A DNA stretch of 63,951 nucleotides, the filler included. It is 14 parts of 14 records of this genome, joined end to end, with 100 filler letters (N's around TTAATTAATTAA, not from the genome) between each part and the next. Parts side by side here need not be neighbours in the genome. Positions count along the whole stretch, not along the records: positions 47,637 to 51,989 come from SRR7504441_19959; positions 52,090 to 56,130 come from SRR7504441_19960; positions 56,231 to 60,409 come from SRR7504441_20003; 11 more parts are not named here. One strand, written 5' to 3'. Positions 47,637 to 59,361 of this stretch are shown in pieces. Both the position numbers and the translations under genes were made by a program. The notes beneath the pieces are model-generated. The model worked only from the letters and a program-made list of their open reading frames with translations, made no database searches and was not told the DNA's origin. Positions within the stretch are counted from its first letter, which is position 1, and every line of letters begins with the position of its first letter.

Positions 47637-50408
47637 ACAATTCACAATGGCCGACAAGAAGCTCAGCTCCAAAGAATTGCTCTCGGAGGTGCAACGGCTG
47701 ACTGCAGAGGCCGAGGAGGCAGAAATGAAGCTGCTGCCGGTGCAGAGAGAGCTGAAGATACAGCGACAGAGAGCGGAGGATGCCGAGGCAGAGATAGACA
47801 AGATCCTGCTGCAAGCCGACGAGGCAGAGTCCAAGGCCGAAACCGCCCAAGCCCAGATCAAGAAATTTGATGTGGATATCGACCGGGAGCGCCGTCGGGC
47901 CGACAAGGCCGAGAAGGCCGAGAAAGAGGTACGGAGCTGGCTGGATGATGCGGAGAAGGACACGGCAAACTTGCAGGATCGCGCAGAAAAAGCCGAGAAG
48001 GAGTTGGACCGCCAATCCAAGCGCGCGGATGGGGCGGCTAAGCGTGCTGAGGCTGACCTGGTGCGTGCCACCAACGTGGAGAGTGAGTGCGCAGAGCTGA
48101 GGCGGAAGATGCAAGGGTTTGAGAAGGTTGCGGCACAGCAGCAGGCCAAAGCAGAGAAGGCAGAGTCCGATGCGGAGAAGCAAAAGGTCCGGGCGGACAA
48201 GGCCGAGAAGGAAGCAGACAAGCGGCAAGAAAAGCTGCAGAAGGCGGAGAAAGAGCTGAAAAATCAAGAAGAGCTAAAGAAGCAGCTGCAAAATGCTGAG
48301 AGGGAGAACACAAAGGAGCTGGCCCGGGCAGCGGGCACCGAAGTAGAGATCTCAAAGCAGCGTGCCAGGGCCGACGCTGCTGAGAAGGACGCCGCTAAGG
48401 AGCTGAGCAAGTGCGCTGCTCTCGAGAAGCTTGCCCAAAAGGAGCAGGACAGGGCGGATAAAGCAGAGAAACAGCTCACAGAGGAGAAAAATCGTGGGAT
48501 CAAGGTGCAAGAAGATGCTGTAAAAGAGGCAGCCAAACTGAAAGCAAAAGTAGACGAAGCGTCTAAGCAAGCTTCTGATGCAAAATCTAGGGCAGACAAC
48601 GCTGAAAAGGAAGTAGACAAGCAGAAGGAGCGTGCTAGTGCTGCAGAGAAAGAGACGGACAGGGAGCGCTTCATCGCGCAAAACGCCGAGAAATCAAAAG
48701 CACAGCAGATCTCCAGGGCTGAAGACTCTGAGAAGAACGCTGCTGCGCTGGTAGAGAGGGCCGAAGCTGCGGAAAAAGATGCTGCAAAGCTCGAAAAGGA
48801 GAGAAAGGCTCTGGAGACGAAATTGGCCAAACTCAAGAAGGAGCACGAGGACTTGAACAGCCTCAAAGAGGAGATGGTGACAGTGGCTGCCCGTGAGAGT
48901 TCCGAGAAAGCTGCACAAGCAAAGAGCAAGCAGGCTGAGATGAAGAAATTCAAAGCAGCATGCATCGACGGCATTCAGGCAATGGCAAAGGCGGTCAGGA
49001 CTGAGCTCGATGCTCGTGGTGCGGAAGCAGAGAGCAAAGAGTTTATCAAAGGTGAACTTGCAGAGCAGCTGGAATCTGCTAAAGAGGAGAACACGCGGCT
49101 GAATGGCGAGCTGACCAAGACGAAAGATGCACTGAGCGCGTCAGAAACGGCGCACAATGGTGCAAAGGGGGAGCTTAAGAGTTTGAAGAAGCAGCACAAG
49201 AAATTGGACAAGGAGCACGAAAGGCTTGAAGCAGCTTTGTCTGAGGCGGAGACTGAATGCAAGGCCCTCAAGGGCGAGCTGGAGAATCTTCAAGGCATAT
49301 ACGCGGAACTTGGGGCAGAGAAAGATGCGCTGGAAGCTGACGCGGGAAAGTTTTCGGCGGAGGCAGAGGATCTAAGAAGCAAGTTACAGACCTCAGAGGA
49401 CGCTAACAAGGCCCTGGCTAGTGAGCGAGAGAGCCTTGGTTCGAAGCTCAAGGCTCAATCGACAGAGTCTGAGGGTCTCAACGATGAGCTAGAGAGCCTG
49501 CGGGGCAGGTTCGAGGTGTTGGGGGGGGGAGAAGGACGGGCTAACAGCAGAGCTGGAAGCTCGGTCGACAGAGTGCAGCGACCTCAAGAGTATGGTGTCC
49601 AGCTTGCGTTCGGAGCATGCAGGAATAAAAAAGGAGGCCAGGAAGCAGCTCTCTCGAGCTGATACTGCTGAGAAAGTACTAGCCGAGAAAGCTGCTCGAG
49701 TGGAGTCCGCCGAGGAAGAGGCAACAGCTCTCAAGGAGAGAGCGCAAAGCACGCAAAGAGAGAGGGCGGTGCAGCAGCTTCAAATGGAGTTGTTGCTGTC
49801 TGAGGAGCGTGCCAGGGCAGATGCTGCTGAGGAAGAGGTCAGCTGCCTGTTAGTCCCCTCTTGTGCCATTTAACCGGCGTGCTTGGCAGGCTGAAAAGCT
49901 CTCTGCCTTCACCCCACAGTCTATCCGAGAGGCGCAGGACGATGCTGAGCTGGAGGCATTTGTCCATAGTCAGGAGCTCGAAATGCAGCAGGCTATAGCA
50001 GACTCCAATCTCGACCTCGAGAATGGACCAACAGATAGCAACTCGTTGCAGGAGAGGGTCGCGGAACTGGAAGCGGCTCTGGCGCAAGTTGGCGAGCTTC
50101 TGGGCGCAGTGTCTGGCAGAGACATTGGGAAGAAGCTTGTCGCTGCTGAGATCTCTATCATGGATGGGGTTGAGAAAATGCTGAAGGTGGTCAGACTGAG
50201 GATTGAGCGCTCAACAACAGCCTCGGCCGTCAGCCCGGTAGCAATGAGCAAACACAGGAAGTCTGGTCAGATAAAGAGCACCTTGAAGAACGAGAGCCAA
50301 GTGGCGCAAAAGCCTGAGAATGATCAGCCTCGCGTCCCGACTTTCGAGTTAGATAGGGCAAAAGAAGATGAGCATAAGGGACAATCTTGCACCTGCATGA
50401 TTTCGTGA
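47637..50408 (+). CDS. Long coiled-coil protein with RADxAE repeats, apparent +1 frameshift at a G9 run
   Basis: Repeats RADKAE/RAEKAE/RADAAE/RADNAE. Removing one G from 49521-49529 joins the 671-aa ORF to 49592-49873; one intron then joins 49863-50408. Confidence 0.65.
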
Positions 50409-50543
50409 CCTGTTGGCAACGGAATCAAATGTTTGCATGTACGGTAGCACCTATTTCAAAATGATAGTAAAATAATGCACTCAAATGAGTTCGCCTCCGA
50501 TTCAAAAGCTTAGTACTCGTACATGCTCTTATGTTCTTTAGGC

Positions 50544-50584
50544 TTTGGTTAGGCGCCCTTTACCGTAAAGGGCGCCTAACCAAA
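50544..50584. repeat. Perfect 20-bp inverted repeat with 1-nt spacer
   Basis: TTTGGTTAGGCGCCCTTTAC-C-GTAAAGGGCGCCTAACCAAA, intergenic. Confidence 0.9.
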
Positions 50585-50671
50585 CGTGAACCAAAGTGTC
50601 GCCCAGGTTCATCAAATCATTTTTATTTTTTCAGGCTTGATGATGCCCGTTACTTCGGAAGCCCGAAGCCA

Positions 50672-51989
50672 ATGCGGACTACTCTGCTCGTCCTGAGTCT
50701 GCTGGCCACCGGGCTGGCCGCCCCGTTCTCCAGCCCCTCGCCCGCCGCCCCGGCCGGCTTCGACTGCAAGACCCGCGCGCTGGCCCTAGAGTACGCCCAG
50801 TCCATCCAGCCGTTCCGCGGCAAATCCGACTTCGATACTCTCGCCGCCGTCCTCAACGAGCCCGGTGGGCTACCCGGCGGGGCCACCCAGTGCACCAACA
50901 CGAGCTACGACGGTCCGGACAGAGAATACCGCCCGAGCTTTCCGTTGCCGGCCGGGGGCCCAGTCTTCTTCGTTGACCCAGCCGGCGGGAGCGACAGCAA
51001 CCCTGGCGACCTGAGCCGGCCGTTTGGCAGCGTGGCCCGGGCGGTGGCGGCATGGACGGCTGCCAATTCCGACGGGGGTGGCGTGGTGCTCCGGGCGGGC
51101 GTACACTACCTGAACGGCACCATCAGCCTCACCGCGGTCCACTCGGGCCTTACCATCCAAAACTACCAAGGCGAGCAGGCCTGGCTCTCAGGCGCCACGC
51201 CGGTGCCCGCCAACTGGGTCTCGGCGGGCCCGAGCCTGTGGTCCACGGAGGTGCCCCCGCAGGTGGGTGAGATCACAGGGCTGAGGATTAACAAGCAGCG
51301 AGCCGTTCGTGCGCGCTACCCCAACGGTTGCTCCTCCACCAAGCCCTTACCAAGCGGCTATGTGTGCGGCGGTAGCCAGAAGGACGGCCGGGTGGTGGAC
51401 CCGAACGACGGGTTTGGATCGAATCTGATCAACGAGCGCGGCTGGATTCGGCCTGTGGCACCGACTATGAACTCAACGAAGACAATCGAGCCGGACACGC
51501 CGCTCAGGAGCTCCGGGCTCTCTTTCCAAAAGTACATGCTCGGGATCGGAGGCTCGTGCTCACAGTTTGATCCGCCGGCTGGGTACTGGTGCGGGAACGA
51601 CTGCCAAGGCAAGCCATCATGCTATAGCTCTAGCTACATATTAACCCAGCCGAGCCGAGCTGATTGAGCGTGCAGGTGGGGCACCCAAGCCACCCGGGTG
51701 CATCCCTCGCTGGCCGATGGGCTTCAGCTACGACAAGAGCATCTTGCCGAATGCTCCGTCCGGGGGCTACAAGAACGCAGAGAAAATGGTAGTCCAAGCG
51801 TGGCACCCAGGGCACTGGGCCAGCTGGATGTTCTCAACCGCCTCGATGAACGGCTCGCACGTCATGTTCGGCAGAGGCGGTTTCCAGGGGGCACGGGGCG
51901 GTTACGCTGGCAGCCGGCTGGCGGACGCGTTTTTCGTCGAGAATGTGTTTGAGGAACTGGACGCTGACAACGAGTTTTATTTTGATGAG
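50672..51989 (+). CDS. Secreted right-handed beta-helix (pectin-lyase fold, GH141-like) protein, 3' partial
   Basis: Signal peptide MRTTLLVLSLLATGLAA. FFVDPAGGSDSNPGDLSRPF..VVLRAGVHYL..WLSGA, RARYPN, FFVENVFEELDADNEFYFD. Confidence 0.7.
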
Positions 51990-52424
51990 NNNNNNNNNNN
52001 NNNNNNNNNNNNNNNNNNNNNNNNNNNNNNNNNTTAATTAATTAANNNNNNNNNNNNNNNNNNNNNNNNNNNNNNNNNNNNNNNNNNNNAAACAAATCAA
52101 GCAAACGAGAGCGCCGAGCGACCCGACAAAGACGAGCGAAAGAGGGCAGCGAAAACCGCGAAAAATGAGCCTAAACGCGCGGCGAGAGCCGGAACCGAGC
52201 CTAATCCACGGAAGCGACCCAAGCCAGACTCGTACCATTCGTGGGGTTCGGGATAGGTTCGGCACCGAGGTTCGGGAACTGACGTATTTTAAAGCAAGCT
52301 TAAGGTGGAGCGGAGGGTAAAAGATATACTTGGATATCCATTTGAAAAATAAATGTTCTTAATCACTTTAATATTTACCTCAACCTAGGCTTTCACGCAA
52401 CACGACTCCTACTCAGAAGACCAA

Positions 52425-53384
52425 TCAGTTATCTGCGATGTTCCATGCATGCATCGCCTCTTGCTCCACAACCTGCAGCGACTCTTCACTCAAGGCATCC
52501 ACATATATCTTCAGCTCGTGCAGCTCGCCTATGCCGCGCTCGTCCCCAACGTGTCGCTGCATCAGACTGAGTCGATCCACTGAGACCAGCTCCGATTCTG
52601 CGCACGTGATGGTCAGCAACGTCCTCCGATTGGCTGCCAGCGTGGCCCGCACAGCCTTATTTCTGTCGTCACCGGTCCCATCGATCACGCGTCCATTGAT
52701 GGCAATCCTCTGATGACGCCAGACTGGGCCGATTGCGTCCGTATGGTACCCAATGTAATAAACCCATGCGAGAGCTGCAGGGCGGGCGTCAAGCAGATAG
52801 CCAGGAACATTCTGGTCGAACCGAGCTGTGTACACACACAACACAGTGCCCATCTGCATTTGGCGGTTCAGCACATATGGCGTGGCCGGCTTGTCCAGGT
52901 GAATCAGCGGCCGCAGTGCGGTGGCGGTTGCCAGCAGCTCGCTGCTGTCGACATCTACTTGGGCCGCCTCGCACACCCCTGTTTGCTCCCACTGCTGCTC
53001 CGGATCGAGGAGCACGTCCGCGAAGCTAAGCCGGATCCGTCCCGCCAGCAGCTCTCTCCTGGCCCCAGAGAGCTGGTTGTTGTGGTCCGGAAGGAGCGCC
53101 GCCAGGTACTCGGGCGTCAGCACCTGCCCCCGGGCCGCCGCCACCGTCTCCGCCAGTTGGACGATGATTTCTAGGCGTAGACTGGTGCGCTGGTCAATGA
53201 AGACCAGCGTGACCCCGGTTTGTTGTTCGGGAGCCGGTGCTTCTTCCGCAGGGCTGGCCTCGTGCACGAACTCTTCGGAGCACCACTGGTTGCCCTCCGG
53301 CTGGGCGTTGATGGCCCGGATGGCCGCGGTGGAGCCCACGCAGCTGTCCGGGCCCGATCGGCTGTCCGAGTGGGAGCTGCCCAT
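52425..53384 (-). CDS. Intronless protein with a ubiquitin-like domain
   Basis: VTLVFID..LEIIVQLAETVAAARGQV..IRLSFADVLLD..WEQTGVCEAAQVDV follows the Ubl pattern. Confidence 0.45.
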   Translation of the reverse strand: MGSSHSDSRSGPDSCVGSTAAIRAINAQPEGNQWCSEEFVHEASPAEEAPAPEQQTGVTLVFIDQRTSLRLEIIVQLAETVAAARGQVLTPEYLAALLPDHNNQLSGARRELLAGRIRLSFADVLLDPEQQWEQTGVCEAAQVDVDSSELLATATALRPLIHLDKPATPYVLNRQMQMGTVLCVYTARFDQNVPGYLLDARPAALAWVYYIGYHTDAIGPVWRHQRIAINGRVIDGTGDDRNKAVRATLAANRRTLLTITCAESELVSVDRLSLMQRHVGDERGIGELHELKIYVDALSEESLQVVEQEAMHAWNIADN

Positions 53385-53490
53385 GGAATCCCAACGTATG
53401 CACGTTTTTACTGTACTCTAGTACCTGGTACGAGTAAAATTAATAAAAGCCACGTTTTATTCAATAAAAACAAAAACGGCAACTTGTTGG

Positions 53491-53520
53491 TTGGGTTGGG
53501 TTAGGTTAGGGTTAGGGTTA
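53491..53520 (+). repeat. Interstitial degenerate telomeric (TTAGGG-type) repeat
   Basis: TTGGG TTGGG TTAGG TTAGGG TTAGGG TTA. Confidence 0.6.
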
Positions 53521-53949
53521 AACGGCCGATACGGAAAAGAGCCTTGTATTATAACGGGTCTCTAAACTAAATCTTTTCTCGACGTGCGCTAAGAAGATTC
53601 CCACAATGCGATAGGGTAGCATGTTGGGCAGCATGCTAGCAGCATGCACCAGATCCCATTGGAGTACTCTTGCTTAATGAAGAAACTAGGCTACAGTTAT
53701 CTTGCATGTTGTACAGCCTTGAATTCTCTGTTATAGTCATGTACTGCCCGTCTCGAGGCGTTGACATCCCTGGATACGCTTACCAGCTGTGTCCTCATTG
53801 CACCTCAAAACAAGACAGCAATGGCAGTGACGGTGGGTCCAGTGCTGTGCCTCGCGATGAGCTTTACTGAAGTACGTTCAACTTGCTGGCAGGCGCAGTG
53901 CTCGGTGTGGCGAAGTTCCGCAGCTGTTGATACCTGGAGTGCCGCTTGC

Positions 53950-56130
53950 TTACAAACACGTGCTCACACGCTTCGCATGTGAAGGATTTCCTGCCCACAG
54001 CGGCTCAGTCTTGGCTTGCGAATGCAGTGACCTGGCGCTGAGGTGATGACACTGCGGGCATTCTCTGAATTCTGGCGAGTTTTGATCTATTGGAGTTCCA
54101 AACGCTTTGTACCGGTCGCAGGAGTTCAGCTTGCTCTTTTGAGGAGTTCCAGTCACAGTGATTTCAGCTTCATCTGGATTTGACTCGCTGTCAAGGAGAC
54201 ACGGCCACTGATGAACAGAAGGACTGTGTGCGACTTGCTGATCGTTCTCCTGCTCGTTGGCGTTTGAGGATGATGGCGATCCTGAGATCCTCCCATTCAG
54301 CTCTTTCCCCAGCTCTGTCTGCAGTTGCGAGAGTTCAGCCTGCAATTGAGAGAGGTGCTTGATCTGTTCTTGTTCGACAGACGGCTCGCCCTGCGCCAGG
54401 TCCCCGTTTGCTGGCAAACTTTGCTTTTTGGGATGGCTCTGCTTCTCGAATGAGATTGGCCTGGCTTGGTGCGGCGTAAAAAGTGCAGCTTCCGTTCCTT
54501 TCTGATTTGGAGCAGACGTGATGGCGACAGGTTCATCAAGATCATCGAGGTCCTGGAGTACGTTCGTGCTCAAGCTTTGTACGTTTGTGTGAAGGGGTGA
54601 AATCTCATTGGCCAAGTTCTCCAGGTGCGGGTCCCACAGATGAGGGGCTGGGAAAGCAGACGGCTGGCTATTGTGCTCAACTGCCGTCTCTTCAAGGACG
54701 GGAATCTGCTCCCAAGGTGCCAAGGTGTCCCTGCTGCTTACTAGGCATTTTGATGTTGGGATCTGGGGAGATCTCAGGGCATCAAACAATGGATCTTCCC
54801 AGATATCCTCGTATTCGAACGGCTTGAAATGAGCTCCAGGTTGCTCGGTTGCGACGAACCCACAATGATTGTTGGGCGTCAAGGAGTAGTCAATAATGTT
54901 GGGGAGTGGACTGATCTCTTGCATCTTGCTAGTGGTGATCCTGTTCGCAAGTAGTGTTGGGCTAGGAAAGCTGCAACACACACAATCACTCGAGTGCACG
55001 AAAAAAGAGAGGCAGTGACCTGTCATTGTCTCCTGACAGCGACGAATCACAGTCGTCTTCTTCTACCCACATCTCATCACAGGCGGCTTGGCCACAAAAT
55101 TTGTTCAAACTTTGATGCGTTGCGAGTCCTTGGCTAGTCTTGAACCTTTTGTTGCACTGCTCGCACTCATGGGAATGGCAATCAGCTCGCTTTCGGCTTC
55201 CAGCTGACTCGGTTTCGAATATCCGTGCACACTCCTGGGGAGGGTTTCGAGGATAGATTATTGAGGTACCATCCTGCAGTCTCGAGTTCGACTTCAGACC
55301 TTTGTAGCGCGGCTTGTTCAATTCCATCAAAGCTGTCAGATCGAGACCAAGTTTGTCTGCAATCATAATTGGTGTCTCGTCGTCCAATGCACAGTACTCG
55401 TCGACATCATCGAATGCAGTGTACTCAATGAGATTGAAGACCTCATCAACAACTTGCCCTGGAGCATAGCCAGGCTGGTGGTGGTCGCTTCCACTCTGGG
55501 GAACTAGGTGCTTGCCCTCCTTGCCCGAGCCACTGGGAGGAATGCTTTCCGCTGCCAGCACCTCCTGCTGCTCCTTCTCCTTAGTCTCAACATTCCAATC
55601 CTCCTCGCTGTCCTCGTCGTCTGGGCACAACGCAGCAGCAGCCTTGTGCTTTGCAGCCCGCCAGGCGACAGCCTCTGTTCCTCCTGATTGGACTCGAACA
55701 GCCTGATTGTCTTTGTTGTCCTCCTGCTTCAATTCTGCACGCTTCAGAGCCACTGCTAAAGCTGCATCCTCGGGCTTGCGGTAAGAACCAAGGTAGACAC
55801 CTTTAGCACCCTTGGCTTCATAGGTCCCGTTGCCCTTCCTGTACACCCCAGCAAAGCCACTCTTGGATTTGTCAGACAGTTGCAGCTCAACAGCGGGCTT
55901 TGTGTTGCTTTGCGCATGATTTGGATGAGACTCTGCATTTCTCTGACTTCCCTGCTCCAAGATATTGCCAGGCAAAACTTGTTGCAATTGCATCGGGGCG
56001 TTTGATTCTACCAGCTCTGTGGCCTCACAAAGCAGAGAGAGCCCGTTGGGACCTCCAGCACTAGAAACTGGCTTGCTGCTACCACAAGCTGCCACACGTC
56101 CGCTCGATTGCTCACCAACCAGGCTCAGCT
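53950..56130 (-). CDS. Putative transcription factor: AP2-like domain + LysM-like domain + C2H2-like finger; ends uncertain
   Basis: LQLSDKSKSGFAGVY..YEAK..YLGSYRKPEDAALAVA (AP2). ETPIMIADKLGLDLTALMELNK..LQDGTSIIYP (LysM-like). CEQCNKRFKTSQGLATH. 49-nt intron 54971-55019 joins the two ORFs. Confidence 0.7.
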
Positions 56131-56230
56131 NNNNNNNNNNNNNNNNNNNNNNNNNNNNNNNNNNNNNNNNNNNNTTAATTAATTAANNNNNNNNNNNNNN
56201 NNNNNNNNNNNNNNNNNNNNNNNNNNNNNN

Positions 56231-56524
56231 CTCCTCCTCAGACTCATCGTCGGAGTCGTCAGAGTCATCGTCGTCGCCGCTGTCGCTGGACACGGCCTGC
56301 TTCGGCTTCTTCTTCGCCGCCAGCTTCGGGGAACCCTTTTTGGCCTTCACGACGGGTGAGTTCTTCGGGCTGGCCTTCTTAGCCTTCACGACGGGCGAAT
56401 TCTTCGGCGAGGCCTTGGCGGCCTTCTTCGCCTTCTTCTTGGCAGGCTGCACCTCAGCGGGCTCCTCCTCCGACGACTCCTCCACCTTCTTCTTCTTCTT
56501 ACCGACCTTGTCTTTCTTACCCAT
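56231..56524 (-). CDS. Lys-rich/acidic nucleolar-type protein N-terminus (nucleolin-like), 3' partial
   Basis: MGKKDKVGKKKKK.., tandem ASPKNSPVVKAKK repeats with SPK sites, then an S/D/E tract. Confidence 0.5.
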
Positions 56525-56929
56525 CTTCCTGAGAGCAGGGGGGTCAGCACCGTGGGCGGGGGGCAGCTCAGGCGGGCAGTGGGACAGGGGTGGCTCGGGT
56601 GTGCAGCCAGCAGTGCTGGACGCCCAAGCAGCCGGCGGAACTATTCTACAGGCAGCAGAGCACTCGGGCCTGCATGACCTGTATCTTCGCACGACGATAA
56701 CTTTCCCGCCCTGACCCCCCGCACGAGCGAGTGCCCACAAATGCTAGATTGCAGTGACGAAACTGAAGTGCAGCACCCTCGGTTGCATGTAGTAGACTTC
56801 AGGGCCATAACACATAGTCAACAAGACGTTTTTATTCAACAAATATGTACACACGTCAGAATGTGAATTAATGATCTCGACATAAGCTTGGAAAGTACCG
56901 CCATCGATCGTGTCGCTCGGAAGCCGTGC

Positions 56930-59024
56930 TCAGATCTTGATCGGCGGCCAGTACTTGAGCGACGAGCTTATGTTAATGTTGCTCTCGTGCGACCGCTCGT
57001 CGTCGTGGGTCTCGCAGCAAGAGCCCACGACCATCACCACATTCATCAATGCCTTGATCCGGATCGTCTCTCCGGTGCTCGCATTCGACCCGAGGCACGA
57101 GTACTGCAACCCAGAGCACTTGACCTCGCTGAATAACGGCCAGGGCAGCGGAATGTGCGGCGGAGACAGCCCGTACGCCATCAGCTGCTCGTGCAAGTTG
57201 TCACAATCCTGCTGGTGGTGCTTCTCCGCGTCCGATTCTGTGTAGGGCCTGTACGAATACGTTCGGTTGATGTAATTGTTCTGGTCCTCAAACGAGTCCT
57301 CCATCACGTTGAGCATCCGATTGCCCAGGTTTGAGTACAAGTAGTCGCCCGGCACCGGGATGATGCTCTTGTTGGTCCTGCGAGTCCGGTACATGCTCAT
57401 CACTTCGTTCAAGTTCTCGTGGTTGAAGCACCACAAGTTGAGCGCTTGCTCTGGGTAGGTGGTCTTGACAGAGAAGATCATGCCTTTATCGAGCAGCATG
57501 GTCTTGACTCTGGACGAGGTCATCACTCGGGTCATCGCCCGTCTGATGTTGCATATATAAGTCGCCTGCTCCATGTTCACTCGGTCGCACAGCCACGAAG
57601 GGAAGTTGCCCTTGTAGTCCACCTGCGTGATGAACGTCACTGCCGAGGCCTCCTCCGGCCGACTAGGATCGGCCGTGATCCTGAATCCTGTATCGTACTG
57701 CTCCGCACGCACAAAGTCTGGCCGCTCGGGCACTTTAACACTCCGAATCGACCCCGAGATCCCGTAATGCTCTCCAGCCTCCGCATCTCTGCACATTACG
57801 TACAGCGAGAGGAAGTCGCGGTTGTAGTGCAGCGGGGACGGGGTGTAGAACGCGTCGTGCCGCAGCTGGCGCTGATCGTCTATCTGCTCGACTGTGTGCC
57901 CAGCCATGTAAAGCGGGTCCCAGTCCATCCGATTGTTCAGGTTCAACAGGTAATCAGCCACCTGCGAGCCAGCCAGTGAGCATTAGCCTCACGCATTCGG
58001 TTGCCTGGTCGTGCGGTTTTTCTATAAACCCGATCCCCTTGAAATACTTGACTTCGCTCGTCGGGTGGCTCTTCTTGTACACTCTTACCTGCCGAGTCGC
58101 ACAATCAAACACGGACCGGATGCTGCGAGGCCGCACCCCATCTATTTCAGTGATGAACTCCCAGCCACTGAAGAAACCTCGCAGGTGCCCAGTAGATTCG
58201 AGCGCGAACCGCTCCTTCATTGCCTCTGCCTCCCTCATCACACACTGTCGCACTGTCAGTCGCCCGCACGGCTGAATCGCCACCTGGTTGAACACCCTGT
58301 TGATCTGGGCTCTGTCTAGCCCAGCCAGGTGGCAGTCCTCGGTGGCGATCGCCAGCCCAGTCCGCTTCGCCAGTTCCTGCCCGCCCTTGCCCGCGTCTTC
58401 CCCAAACATGTCCCCAGGCTTCGCCGTGCGACTGCCTGCCGCGCCACAAATCAGCCGGCCGATTAATCATCCAGGCGGGCCTGAATTGTCCCCGGTGATC
58501 ACCTCCACGTCGACCTTCCCCGACAGCACAATGTACACCTGCCGGCTGCCATCCGTTGCTGCCACCCTGAGCGCGCACCTCGTCGGCCCAGTCGTCCATT
58601 TTATAGACGTAGCTGCCGCCCTTGATCCGCCGGTAAAACATCCGTTTGAGCAGCTCAGTCAGCTCGTCCTCCAGGTTGATCCCGGCCACTCGCACCCGCT
58701 TCGGGAAGTCGATGTGCTTAAACAGGTGCTGCAGCCGTTCCAGCTCGTACGGCGACCTGCCGTGCCGCTCGGCGCTGCGCGCCGCGACCGAACCTGAAGT
58801 CGGCGCTCTTGCGCAGCACGCGGATCACCTCGGCCCGGTCCTCCCTCGACAGCTCCTGCGGGCCGGGCTCAGGCGGCTGGCCGGCAGTCGCAGCCAGCCT
58901 GCAGCGGGTTGGTGGCTGGGTCGAGCCGTCGAATGTACTTTTTGAGGCCGGCGATGAACCCGCCCGATTGCGTCTCCTGGGTCAGCGCCTCCTCCTCCTC
59001 CTCAAGCTCGTCGTCCAGCCCCAT
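56930..59024 (-). CDS. Cyclic-nucleotide-binding domain + START lipid-transfer domain protein
   Basis: YVYKMDDWADEVYIVLSGKV..PGDMFGE..KRTGLAIATEDCHL (cNMP). GWEFITEIDGVRVYKK..RMDWD..NRDF..FVRAE..QVDYKGNFPSW (START). Confidence 0.8.
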
Positions 59025-59361
59025 CCCGCCCTGCCGCTCACCACTGCACAGCCGTGTGCTGTCAGGCTCAGGGAGCCTGTTCACCCTGTTGCCTTCAGTT
59101 GCCGTTGAGAAGCTCGGGTCAGACTCTCTTGCTGATCGCGCAGTCGGCGCAGATCTAGCGCAGATAGATCTACAGCCACGTCAAATGTGCGTTGCGGAGT
59201 CCGCCCCTCGCTTCATCGCGGACCCGGACGGAGGATGGTCACCCGCCCTGTTCCTGTCCCAGCCAGGTCCATCCCGTCCAGCTCCATGATCTCATTCACA
59301 AGCCTGCAATCAGCTAGCTGGCTGCGATAGCATGTCCGTTGCTCATAGGCAAGATCTGGCC

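Noticed and set aside
47581-49271. Long antisense ORFs opposite the coiled-coil gene, and many overlapping GC-rich ORFs elsewhere
   Set aside because: Shadow frames of biased coding sequence with no recognisable motifs.
49521-49529. G9 run causing a +1 frameshift (programmed frameshift or phase variation?)
   Set aside because: A single homopolymer indel error explains it most simply, and I see no stimulatory structure. Read pile-up would settle it.
52090-52290. Repeated GGTTCGG/GAACCGAG motifs resembling transposon subterminal repeats
   Set aside because: At a contig edge, with no clear terminal inverted repeat, target-site duplication or transposase.
57962-58004. Possible ninth GC-AG intron in the START gene
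   Set aside because: An internal GTGAG donor gives an in-frame 31-nt alternative, so it is ambiguous and not counted.
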